A stretch of 64,000 bases of DNA, from NCBI GenBank assembly GCA_000320545.1, contig ADNK01002458.1, forward strand, positions 1 to 64,000, given 5' to 3'. Every line of letters begins with the position of its first letter. Position 1 is the stretch's first letter. This document shows positions 40,201-52,240 of the stretch, in pieces. The position numbers and the translations under genes are program-made. Under the pieces are notes generated by a model. That model was not told the DNA's origin, made no database searches, and was given only the letters and a program-made list of their open reading frames with translations. Origin of the DNA: Bigelowiella natans CCMP2755 (Eukaryota > Protista > Cercozoa).

Positions 40201-43200
40201 CAAGCAGTCCCTTTGGTAAGGGAAATATCGTAGCGACCGATGAATTACTGATCGAAGCTGTGCGTCTATGGTCTCTCGAGGGATCTTACACCCAGCTTGT
40301 TCCTCCCACAGGGGATGGAAAAGAGCTACAGCCTAAGACGGAATTAGGCTTTGCAAACCCAGGGCACTTCTCCAATCAATTTACGGCTTCTATGTGGATC
40401 TTCTTGAAGAAGGAGCCAAGCAAGAAATCGACGGCAGCTCCTCGTGCTATCTTACACCGAGGTTATCATATCACCACAGGAGACCCATCTCCACAAAAAT
40501 TCGCGTTCCGCCGAGTGAAGCACGATACTTCACGCATGTTGTTCATGATACTGATGGATGCTCGAGATAACTATATCCAGGTACACTGTGATGCCTCCAG
40601 CCACGGCGCAGCTCATATCATCAAGAGTAAAAAACAGGTTCCAGTGAGGAAATGGACGCACGTAGCTGTGGTGTGTAGAGGGCATGCAATCGAAATCTTC
40701 ATTGACGGCAAGATAGATTTCAAGGGCAATCTCCAAAGACCAATGGCAGGTAACGTTGACCCTATAATACTTGGGCGACCCACACCAGGATTTCGTGCAG
40801 CTGGTCTGCCACCTTCTAGGCCTGGTGCTCCAACTAATGCAGCAACACCCGAAGCACAGATGCAAAGCGTTGAGGCTGTGGTCAAGGACGTACGATGGTA
40901 CGTGCGAGATCTTTCTGAGAAGGGCGTAAAGGCTATCATGGAAGATTGCAAGCCGAACAACCGGAAAAGATCTTCGCAGAAAAACTTCACGCTACAATCA
41001 CCTAGCAGTTTGGGTGGTGATTTCAAATCTCCAAATATGATTAACGAAGCTCATCTAGATGCAATAGATGCACTCTGCACAGGGAGAAGGGTGGCAATCG
41101 AGAGTGCGGACAGCAGCAGCAGCAGCAGCAACAACAGCAGCAATGCGGGAGGTGATGTAAATCCAAGCATATGGAAACACTGGCACCAGTGGACACCGAG
41201 AATGGACATGCAGCTCATGAGGCTATTCACCGAGATCGCTGAACACCGACAAAAGGCCATGGGCATCTTCAAGCGAGGCGCCTTGCCAAGCCTGATAAAC
41301 CTACCTGCAAGGATGGTAGAAATACCAGACAAGCTACTTCGCCCCTACCCTCTCCTGAGAGGTATTCCAAGGGAGTGCCTCAGGATGCGCTTCCTCTTTA
41401 TACAGATTCTGAATGTCCGCATATTGTCTGTGCTCCCGATGGTGGATTTTTCGCAGGCTCTGTCCCCTTGGAGCCTAGCCCACCGACTCTCTGCTCTTAG
41501 TCACCTGATCTTCCTCGAGATCAAAAACATTGCATGGACTCATATTCTCCAGCAAACAGCGACTGGTCGTGGTCACTACGTCAATATCAATCTCCCTCGT
41601 GCAAAGAAGGCACAAGAGCGTGGCGACACCAGCGGGCGCAAATCTGTTTTCTTCCAGCTCTATCTTCAGCTGCACTTCGTAAAGCCCTCCCTGCTCCGTG
41701 TGGATGGGGGTAGTAGGCCTTGGGTGGTCAGCTATGCAGGATTCGGAGGCCAAGACGCTGGTGGGTTGTTCCGTGATTCTGTCTCGACACTGTGCACAGA
41801 GCTGCAAAGCAAATGGGTGCCGCTCTTCATACCAGTGCCCAACTCCAGGGATGGGGGTGTCGGGGATAACCAAGAGAAATGGCTGCCGAACCCCTCCTCC
41901 CGCTCCGCACTCCACATCTCCAACTATGCTTTTGTCGGAAAGCTGATGGGAATTGCAGTAAGGGGCTCTCACATGCTTAATCTTGATCTACCCTCCCTGG
42001 TATGGAAGCCTCTAGTGGGTGATACGGTCACCATGAGCGATGTTAAGGCGGTGGACGTCATTGCACATGGAAGGATAGAATCTCTTGCCAAGGCACTCGT
42101 CTCTGCTAATGCTGCTGCTACTTCTGGGTAAAGATTAGTAGTAAGAAGGAGGAGGAGGAGGAGGGGTTCAAGAATAACATCAAAAAGAACATCAACAATA
42201 TCACATCGTCATCATCATCATTATTTGTTTTAAGCGCTTGTGGTTTCTTTCTACTAGGAGCATTAATAAGGAGAGTTACATGGATCTTGTTCCGAACAAG
42301 TTTATCATGATAGGTTATGATGGCAAGGAGGTAAACATACAATATCCACAACAATAACAACAACAATACGAAAGATATGTTTAAAATTCACAGCGTAGTC
42401 ATCATCATCATAATCATCATCATCATCATCGTTACACCTTATTATTATTATCATCATTGCCTCACCTACTTAGGTCGAGCTCAAGGAAGATGGGAAAAAC
42501 ATTGATAATACATGGGAAACCCGTGAGGAGTATCTTTCCCTCCTCAAACAGGCCAAGCTAGCTGAAGTGCGCCCTCAGGCACAGGTGGTGGTCCATTGTA
42601 GTACTACTACTAGTAGTAGTAGTAGTAGTAGTAGAAGTAGTTGTAGTAGTTGTAGTAGTAGTGGTACTATGATTTACTACTCACATCATCATTATTTTAA
42701 CTTTACCTCTTCCACCTCATAGTAGTAGTAGTAGTAGTAGTATCGTGTTGTTTCCGCTGGGACTGTGGTTCATTTATTCATTGATTGATTCATTATCTTG
42801 ATCATCTTGTTATTGATTCACAGGCGATCAGGAAAGGATTAGGCACCATTGTTCCTATCCAACTCCTACCTCTCTTCACGTGGCAGGAACTGGAAATGAT
42901 GGTATTATTATCATATAAGAGCGAACGGCGACAAACAACGACGATGATCATCAACGAACCGAAGAAGAAGAAGAAGAAGAGAGAGAGAGACGAAGAAGAT
43001 GATGGCTGACGAGAATAACCCAGAATAAATGTTTCTTAATATTATTCATTCATTGGACGACTCCTTCGTACTATTCTTATGCTTCAAGAAATGTTCGCAT
43101 ATAATAATAATGAATAATAATAACATATGGTCATCTAGGTTTGTGGGAAACGGGAGATAGACATCGATTATCTAAGGGTAATAAGTTTTAATTCATTAAC

Positions 43201-43256
43201 ACATGCAATAACGATGTTGATTATAGATGTTCGATATTTATCCTTTAAAAAATAGT

Positions 43257-43293
<37 letters not shown>

Positions 43294-44063
43294 GGGGTCT
43301 TGCATTACTCATCTCTCCCTCCTCCCTCCCTACTTCCTACAACTCCTGAAAGGCAAACACTCGATACCGTGCTCCTGTGAAAGGAACCGATCCACACGTT
43401 AAGATGCTGTGGGAAGTGTTAGAAGACTTCAATCACGAGGAAAGAAGGCTATTTCTTCGCTTTGTATGGGGACAATCCCGGCTGCCGTACAATCCTGCGG
43501 TAGTAGCAGTAGCAGTAGTAGGAATAGTAGCAGAAACAGCTCACTTCACCACGTTGAGATGATGATGATGATGATGATGATAGTGCTTGCTTGCATTCGA
43601 GTGAAATGAATGGTTGATGCTTCGTGCATTCTAGAACTTGGAAGACAAATAACAATAACTATCCGATTTTTGTTTTCCCTTTCCTTACCACACATTCATC
43701 CCGAAAGAAACCCAACAGGGACACATTTGAAGAATTTTGTCTAACTGCCTTATAAACTCAGGACTTCACCCAAAAGTTTGAAATCTTGTCATCGAGGGAT
43801 AACAACGATGGGGTTCTACCAGTTAGCCGTAAGTTTCAAATCAATCAATCACATTTAATAGTTTTCGTCTACTCTGAAGTGTGATGTTGATGATGTTGTT
43901 TGTTGCTAAAATATTCGCAGATACGTGTTTCTTCTCCGTGGAGCTTCCGCGTTACACGAACAAGGCGTCAATGAGAGAGAAGATTCTCTATGCGATTACT
44001 AATTGCCACTCGATTGACACAGACCATGCAGCACAGAACGTCGATTGGGACGACGAATCTTAA
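28961..44063 (+). CDS. Giant HECT E3 ubiquitin ligase (HECTD4/HERC-like) with two CUB-like domains, RanBP2 zinc finger, SPRY, UBA, LamG-like and HECT domains
   Basis: ORFs 29836-31635, 31788-33059, 33282-37472 and 37494-42131 plus small 3' exons. Motifs: [24 protein letters not shown]; [25 protein letters not shown]; [23 protein letters not shown]; [22 protein letters not shown]; WTHVAVV..IFIDGK; [49 protein letters not shown]. Catalytic Cys codon at 43926-43928. Start codon is tentative. Confidence 0.93.
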
Positions 44064-44959
44064 TTCCGTGTAAAGATGATGAAGCTGGCTTAATATGCGC
44101 TCAGCCAGCAATTTACAGCGATATATGTTCTCTTCTATGACCAGCCATGATGTCATCATTACTCGACATTAATTAAGTAAGAGATTGTCTATATGCGCAT
44201 GATACGCGTCGATTGGATATTGCTCATGCCACACGATTTTGATCTAGTGATGCATATAACATGTATGAAACTCTCTTCATTTGTTATTTTTGTGTTAATG
44301 TGCGGCGCCTACGTGACACGCTAGGCACACTAATATCTAGATTGTCTGGTATATGCAATAGATACATCTGGATGTTTCACATGTCCATGCTAGATATAGC
44401 ATATCATCATGCTAGCATGTATTACTAGATAACTAGGGGAGACATCTCTAGCTTAATCAAATATCCAGGCATCAAACGTTAGCAAGCATAATTAGTTAGG
44501 CTAAGCGTGCTTTAGCTAGTTAGGTCACCGTGTGTTTGCCATATATCACATGATCAAGCGGGCAATATGAGAAGAAAAGGACACCCTGATAGCCAAGTAG
44601 CTTGGGCGCTTTGTAGCTCTCTGTTTCTAATAGAAAATGTAGTGCATGACACATGCTAGCCATGACAAGCATGCTAGCATGCAGCATTGCAGTGACTTAT
44701 CATTGCTCTAGATCTAGAGATGCTACACAGCATAGCTAGACATAGCTAGTATAATTGAACGCTTTGCTTAAACAATTGCCGTGTACCGACGTATTTTGTC
44801 ACAAGTATGCTTACACTATGCCTTATCGAGCATCTAGACACGTTAATGAATAAATGTGTGCGTACATATGCAGCTTATTACATACGTCACAACAAACGAA
44901 CCCTGGATCGAGTCATCAATAGCTGAGATATATATTGTATTTTAATTAGTATTACTTCT

Positions 44960-46536
44960 TTAACATTTCTTTCAAATTTTGGATTCCCCCGGATGTCTGA
45001 GCATTATTCCACAACATAGCAAGTATTTGTTCAAGAAGCATAATGATGTATATCATTACGTTTAAACTTGTGCCATGCTATGCGAACGTACAAACTACCT
45101 CAATCCAAGCTTTAAATAACTCTTTTGTAGCTCTAGAGCCACGAATTTGAGCCAGAAGAATCTGAGACATAGAACATAGAATACAAAAATCAATAACTAC
45201 GAACGCACATGTAACTACAAATTGTTATTTGAACGGTGGAGATGGTTAAAATTCGATACTCTCGAAAACCAAAGGCATACCGCATCGTCACCCATAATGT
45301 TGACTCGCATTGGATCAGCCTTTAATTCTAGGAGCCTTGTAAGAAATGGAAACATCCCTGATCCTTCGTTATCGTGAGCACTTTCGCCCTCGCTCTTATC
45401 TCCTCCGGCTCCATCTTCAATAGCTTTCATGTCAAGTTGATCTCCGTTTTCGTCAATTTTCTTGTTCACTATTGAACCTACATCATTATCAATCATCGCG
45501 ATAGGAACTGCAAAGCTAGGCTTAGTAATGACAAGACCTGAAGGATCCAATGGATATCTCCCTACCATGAGCATTAATGGTGTGACCTACAAACACCTCT
45601 TTTTGTTGCTTCCATTTCTTTGCTGGAAATTATGTATCTACCCCTTGAATGTCAGCCTCAGAAGCCAGATTTTTAATGTTTTCCTTCGTTTCGATGGTCA
45701 TTTGCGAGAATTGCTGCAAAATAATTTACATCATCACGATTTTACATTTGTGCTGACATTCTGGAAAATACTTCAAACAATTTCTGACGATCTGCAGATA
45801 CACCATATTGCAGGATCCCTTCAAGCACGTAGTGTAGACCAGTTCTTCCTATGCTATCTTTTGCTATTGGATTCGCTCCTTTTGCTATTAGAAGTTGCAC
45901 CATTCCAAAGCACCCTGCCTGTACGGAATAATCCAAAAATTAGGCGAAGTTCTAAGACGTTCTTTTCTTACTTGGGCAGCTAGAAGCAGTGGAGTAGCAT
46001 AAACCCGATTTCGACAATCAATTCGAACTTCGTGCTCATTGAGTATGTTCCTTACTTCCTTAACAGTCAGTTCCACATAAGCTATATGAATCACAAAAAT
46101 TGTAGCTATTGGGACCTTCAATGCGGATGCTTGCTTTTTGTCGCTTTGGAGGATATCCCTCACACTGGCCTGAGGGACTCCAACAATATCATCCCCAGTC
46201 ATAGGTGAACAAGTGACCAAATCGCATACCAAATCACACAACTTGCGTTGTAGGTCTCCCATTTTCTTACTTCCACTACCGATACCGCTTGGTTTATGTG
46301 TGCTCTGGAGCGTGGTAAACATGCTGTGTTTCCAGGACGCGACAAGGTATTTATGATTGTCGCAGGACCAAAACCACAAGATATTCCCCCATAATCATCG
46401 GTGACCATGTATAAGTTCAGTAATAATGGGTTTTGAAGCATCAGCATTTTGTCATCTGGAGACCTCGTGGTGATGGTGGTGGTGATGATGATGGTGATGA
46501 TGGTGATGGTGATGGAGATGGTGATGACGCTGCCAT
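44960..46536 (-). CDS. Ankyrin-repeat protein; multi-exon
   Basis: IDCRNRVYATPLLLAAQ|AGCFGMVQLLIAKGANPIAKDSIGRTGLHY and LLELKADPMRVNIMGDDA|ILLA are ankyrin repeats. Ser/Pro-rich N-terminus from ATG 46536. Both ends are tentative. Confidence 0.8.
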
Positions 46537-46599
46537 GAGGACAACAATAGTATGGATATTGAATGCGTTATCCGTATAATCCATCTACTTTCAACAGAA

Positions 46600-47429
46600 G
46601 CTTCGCATTCGCAAGTCGTGTGAGGAGGAAAGAGGAGGAGGAGGAGGAGCAGGGATGATTAACGATCTCCTGACTCGTCAGCCACATACATGATTCTTCG
46701 CTTCCTCTTTGTGACGGTAAACATTATCAATTGGGCTTAGAGTCGTAAAGTATGTAGGAACAATTTATCAAGGGCCATTAGAGAGAGGCGCATGGGTCAG
46801 CAAGGTTGGATGATGATGATGATTGAACATCAGGGTTGCCTGATGATTATCGGAAATGCTGGTTTGGTACGACCGCGCGATGAAACATTCTCCCTAAGTG
46901 GGTACGAAGAACCGGTGGAGGTGATGATTTTGTGCATCATCATGAATAGCCATAGCGGTCATGAGTGGTGTTGGTCGTTTTTAGGTTCCTGTGGACATAC
47001 ACGATCTTTTCAACATTTACGACCGCGTGTACTTCAGCAGTGCACTCACAAATGCAGGGGTTGAGGTTAAGTGGGGATCTAAGATGATGACAAAGTAATA
47101 AGATTCCATGTGCATAAATGGCCTTCACACTACTATTTAGTCTCATCTTGTTGTTGTTGTTGTTATAATTGTCGGTCATCATCAGGTGTGCTGGGATGTG
47201 TGAATATAAAGGCAGGACAGCCAGCATACAGATCAGACTCTCTCCTTCGCTTCTACAATATCGATCGTACAATCTTAATTTCTATGTTGCATTTCCTTCT
47301 GTTCCTTACTGCAGTGATGCCGCCCCCTCCTCTCAAAATAGAAACGCCGACGTGAAAGATACCCTGCTGCACGAGATGATCCATGCTTATCTCTTTCTGG
47401 ACCACACCGAAACTGACAGGTGAGTCATA

Positions 47430-47465
<36 letters not shown>

Positions 47466-48350
47466 CCAAAGCATGAAGATCATGGGGACGATGACGTTTT
47501 AACGTCGACTCCAAAGAAAACAGAGTGCTTATGATTACAACGAACTAGAGATGGACATGGAGCTCACTTCCACCGACATATGAACAGGATAAACAATATC
47601 AGGTTGGTGGAATTTTCACAAAAACAGGATAGGACAGGAAACACGTTCTCTTTCAGATTTTCCACGTTTACAAACGGGGAGTGAGAATTTTTTGAAAATC
47701 TTGCCTTACGCTTACACACCATAGAAACCCGAACGATCCTTACCGGCCATTTGGAGGCTATAGAATAACAGTATTCCACAGCTTTATCAACGAGGTCCGA
47801 CACCTTCAGGTAATGCTCATGGATGATTAGATTGAATTTGAACATGTTGATGACATATCCTTCGTATTAATATGAGGAGATGATTTTGTATTGAAATCTT
47901 GCAGTAAACGTATTACAATGTGCAACAAAAATGTACTATCTTCCACACTTAGACTCACGTGTGGAAGTGCGAAAAGTGCCATCATGTAATCAGAAGAGCC
48001 ATGAATCGTCCACCCTCTGAAAAGGATTGTCGTGCTTATCGGTGAGAAAACTCGTTGTATGAGCGGAATAAATAGAGATAAACGATGAATTTCCTGTAAA
48101 CATCATATTTTTTTCGTTGCATAACTACCACTCGCTGTTCAGGAAGGATCTCTCGGGCTGGACTTTTAGTATAGACTCGCCACGTAATCGATGCGGAGAT
48201 AGGCGATGCTATGTGCACAACCACATCCGGATGTGTGGGGGAGCTTATAAACGGCTGACTCCAGAGCCTCCTGCAAAGAAAAAGAAAAAAAAATGTAGCA
48301 ATGTTTCCCGACATCTACAGCAAATAGGGCCCTCATCTGGAAAAATCTGA
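46600..48350 (+). CDS. SPRTN: SprT-like zinc metalloprotease (Spartan/DVC1-like); multi-exon, start uncertain
   Basis: PVDIHDLFNIYDRVYFSSAL..VEVKWGSKMMTKCAGMC..IRLSPSLLQYR..KDTLLHEMIHAYLF..DGHGAHFHRHMNRIN..HVWKCEKC..IRRAMNRPPS..HIRMCGGAYKR. This has HExxH, HG and the zinc-binding subdomain typical of SPRTN. Confidence 0.88.
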
Positions 48351-49225
48351 GGATTTCAACCATCTGAAGGTCTTGATCTACGCGACAGTTATGTTGTACT
48401 TCATGCAGAATGGAAAACAGCAGCACCAGTGCCGTGAGAGCAAGAGATATGTTGATAACAACAAATTCCGACACCATGCACATGTTTGGGTGTGATCGTA
48501 TCGAGTGTGTGCATGTGCGCATGCTAGCATGTTGGATTCATGCTGTCTAAAATGAAAGTCGCTCATCGTTCAATCGACTTTGCTGCTACGTAGCAGTCTG
48601 TAGTGTCTTAGCCAATCTAAGCAATGCTGCATGCATGTGCACAAACATGGGTCGCATATGGATATGCACTACATTGGGATGACCATTGAACAGGACAAAT
48701 TTATTTGATTAACTACACCCGTCTTATACTACTAGACTAGCTAGCTAGCACATGGACACTAAGCGACGTTCATCGTGCACGTACACACATGGCTAGATGG
48801 TGCTGCTGCTTCATTGTTGATCTAAATAAAAGAACAATCTTCGCAACAATTCGATCTTACATCCATCGTCGTGACCATGCGAACCAAAATGCCATGATGA
48901 TGGAAAACGGCAAGCTACGCTCTAGCTGATGCAAGCAAATAACGTGGCTCATACGCAACCATTTTCTTTCACATGTGATGGCATAAAATGCATGCAATTT
49001 TGCATATGAATTCTCGCGCCGTGCCTCCAATGTGATGACACTGCTTCTCTCACCATGATAACATAGACACAAACATCTAAAACACCTGTGCAAATCGTGC
49101 AATCATTCCATTGTTGACTGGACAACATGCAAAACAATGTGCAAGCCGAAATGATGTGCCAAGCTTTGGGAACATCACCGCACTGCTTTCAGTTTTGATA
49201 ATTGCTTACGTCTCATCCTGGATCG

Positions 49226-50275
49226 CTAACTGCAGTCGCAGATGATTGCTGTGATGCGCTTGCCGATGACACAGTTATCCTCTACATCAGAGGAGGGAAA
49301 ATCGATCAGCTTTGCACCGCTTATGAGAAATTCCTGATGATCATTACAATGCAAGCTAATCAACATCAACATCAATCAGGATCAAGTACATCATCATCAT
49401 CATCATCATTATCATCGCTCATCTTCCTCCTCATCATCATATGACCTTCAATCTACTTGAATGGTCCATCGTATAGACCATTTTAATCGGCGACTTCTTG
49501 CTCGTTAGCATTGAATAAAGTTTCTGCCGACTCGCATAGAAGAGCGCTCGCTTTGTGTATTTCTTGATGAGCTCCCTTAAATGATTTAAGAAGCAATAAG
49601 CAAGCTGCGAGTGAGTTCACGAAGATGACGACGATGATGTAAGCAAGCTGCGAGTGAGTTCACGAAGATGACGACGACGATGATGTAGTACCCAGTGGTG
49701 AGCAAGATGTAGCAGCAGCGCAATAACAGTAGTGGTAGTAGTAGTAGTAGTAGCAGTAGTAGCAGTAGTAGTAGTAGTAGTAATTGAAGTGGTAGCAACA
49801 GTGCTATGCAATATTTCTTCTTCATCATCCTTTATGAACATACAAGTATTAAAATTATTTATATCATTATTACTACTACCTCATTTGTCTGAATGTTGTC
49901 TCTTTTGGTATATAAGGCACATACTGGGGTACCGCTAGATGGTTCCACCTAATCAGATCATTGCTCTTAGTAGTGCGCCAGGTACCAGCAGTACCATTAT
50001 CAGCCATCATGTAAGATCATACGTAGAAGTACAAACACACACACACACACGCACACACCTGCTGCTGCCCTTTTGAGTCTCATCACGAGAAGCAATCGTT
50101 AGCACCACATACTGCTCCATTGATGAACTCTCCCTTTAAGCAGCAAAGCATGGTACTTCACAAATCGTGTATAGATACACATATATAATGTAAATGCAAT
50201 ATTTCATTCCCACAAATCCCGATGATGTAAGTACAAAATACAGAAACATCAGGCTAAACCAAAGGCAAGTATTAC

Positions 50276-50309
<34 letters not shown>

Positions 50310-52033
50310 AAAGCACTAAAATCAATATTGTGATAATGGAGAGGTATCCACCTCAAAATTCTCCTCAGAATGCGTGCGCTCTTCATGGGCTCTTCTTCGT
50401 GAACAATACCGTTTGCGGTGCCGCAGAGTGCTGCTGCTGCTGCTACATCATCGCCCTGACCCTCTTCTATATGAATGCTCATCTTTGCCCAATTGAGGTC
50501 ATTATCATTGGTCTGTTTCCCTTCTTCTTCCTTTTCTTCTTCTTCTAGTTGATGCTTGGTATCATCGTTAATACCACCACCATCATCTTCTCCTACTACT
50601 GAGTACAATTTCTCTATGACCCGCAACATCCGGAATGGCCAATGGTATACCGATCTATATTAGACAGCAGCAGCACCAACAGCAGACACAAGGCATGCAA
50701 TGATGGTGATGATGATGGTGATGATGATGACGACTTATGCTAACAACATCACACAACTACTACTTCTTCAGATTTTCCAGATGTGCAATGAAAGAGGATG
50801 GAAGTCCTTGCAAGTCTCTGATGATGATAAAAGAGGAGGAGAAGGAGGAGGAGGAGGAGGAGGAGGAGGAGGATACGACAGAGGGTAGATGTCATTTGCG
50901 CCCAACATGCTTTATGAATCTTCCAGGAAATGTTGATTTAGAAAACAGCAGAGAGCAATCACCAACATGTCTGACGGTGAAGAAATATGGTGTTTGTTCG
51001 AGTAGCAGTAGCAGCAGCAGTAGCAGTAGTAGTAGTAAGAGGGATAAAGATTGAGATGCTTATGGTCCTATCCAAACAAAAAACTACTTACTACCACCAC
51101 CACCACCACCACTACTTGTAGATCTTCTTAACACGAGCTCTCAGCTGAGGGGTTTCGTAGGCGATGATCGTGTTTCTTGCTGCTGCAGTTGATGGTGATG
51201 ATGATAGTATCTTATCGTCGATGGAGACCTGCTTGAACATGTCACCCTCCACTTGCCTGCAATTGTATCATCATCTCTTTTTCATCATCATCATCATCAT
51301 CATCATCGTCATTATCGTCCATTTATGGTAACATTTTGTACTACTACTACTACCTCAGGAGGATATGCAGCTTTGGTAGCTTGAATCGTTCTGCAAGCTT
51401 CACTATCACGACACCATAGTCCATATCCCTGACAACAATCGATGATGCCGATGTTAAGATATGATGAGGTGATGATTATCCTCATCAATACGTGAGGTAA
51501 TGACATCATAATTCCAACCACATTAAACATGTTCGTATGATGAATGCTACTCCTTAATCTTGTACAGCTATCCATATGTGTAGCTGCACTAGCTTTGGTT
51601 TTCCAACGCAGCTTTGCAGGTTGCAGGTTGTTGTTAATATTATTACTCTTCGAGAGGGATGGAGATTTTGACGGGCGGTAGCTTTGCATCAATAGGTACA
51701 AATAGAACGGGTAGCATCCTGGAGGTGATGCTGCTGCAACTGTGGTGATAATCACCCTCATCATCCTCGATGTGAGTTTTGATAGGTAGGACCCGTCGAG
51801 CCACCTTCGGTGTTCGGTCGCTGTCCTCTAAAAGTAGTAACAGATGAATAACATATGTTAAGTAGTCTGAGTGGGAAGGAATAAATGATGGCAACAACGG
51901 CAAAGATTAAACACCGTAATATATAAGAAGGAATAAATGATAACAACGGTAAAGATTATGCACCGTAAATTCCCCGGCGGCGCTTCCTTACCAAAGAGTC
52001 GTTGGCTTCCTGCGTGTGAAAATGATGCCCCAT
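49226..52033 (-). CDS. Hypothetical multi-exon protein with a USP-type internal ubiquitin-like segment; no USP catalytic boxes seen
   Basis: Spliced MLPVLFVPIDAKLPPVKISIPLEE|DMDYGVVIVKLAERFKLPKLHILLR|QVEGDMFKQVSIDDKIL..IIAYETP resembles the UBL insert of USP4/11/15. Last exon EFLISGAKL..ICDCS* ends at 49226. Middle exons are unresolved. Confidence 0.5.
49597..49686. repeat. Intronic 43-bp tandem duplication
   Basis: taagcaagctgcgagtgagttcacgaagatgacgacgatgatg occurs at 49597 and again at 49640. Confidence 0.9.
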
Positions 52034-52240
52034 GAAAATGATCAAATGGATGAATACTTTAGACGCAGCACTTGAGCAAAACTTGTGTCTTGAATAAGTT
52101 AAATTACTGACAAATGTAATGTTTTTTTGAATAACGTATGCACAACCTCCGCCATTTGTTTGTTTTCCTGCAATTTGGACGATGATAAGATTTGTCCCCC
52201 CGAGGTGATCATTCTTTAGTCCCTCTGCAGAAGCAACTTT
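52034..52240. promoter_or_regulatory. Probable compact bidirectional promoter between the USP-UBL-like gene (-) and the CEP131-like gene (+)
   Basis: About 207 bp between tentative divergent ATGs. Confidence 0.4.

Noticed and set aside
29703-41972. Antisense and alternate-frame ORFs over the HECT exons
   Set aside because: Shadow ORFs of long coding exons.
49597-49686. Direct repeat as a CRISPR array
   Set aside because: Only two adjacent copies, no spacers or cas genes, inside a eukaryotic intron.
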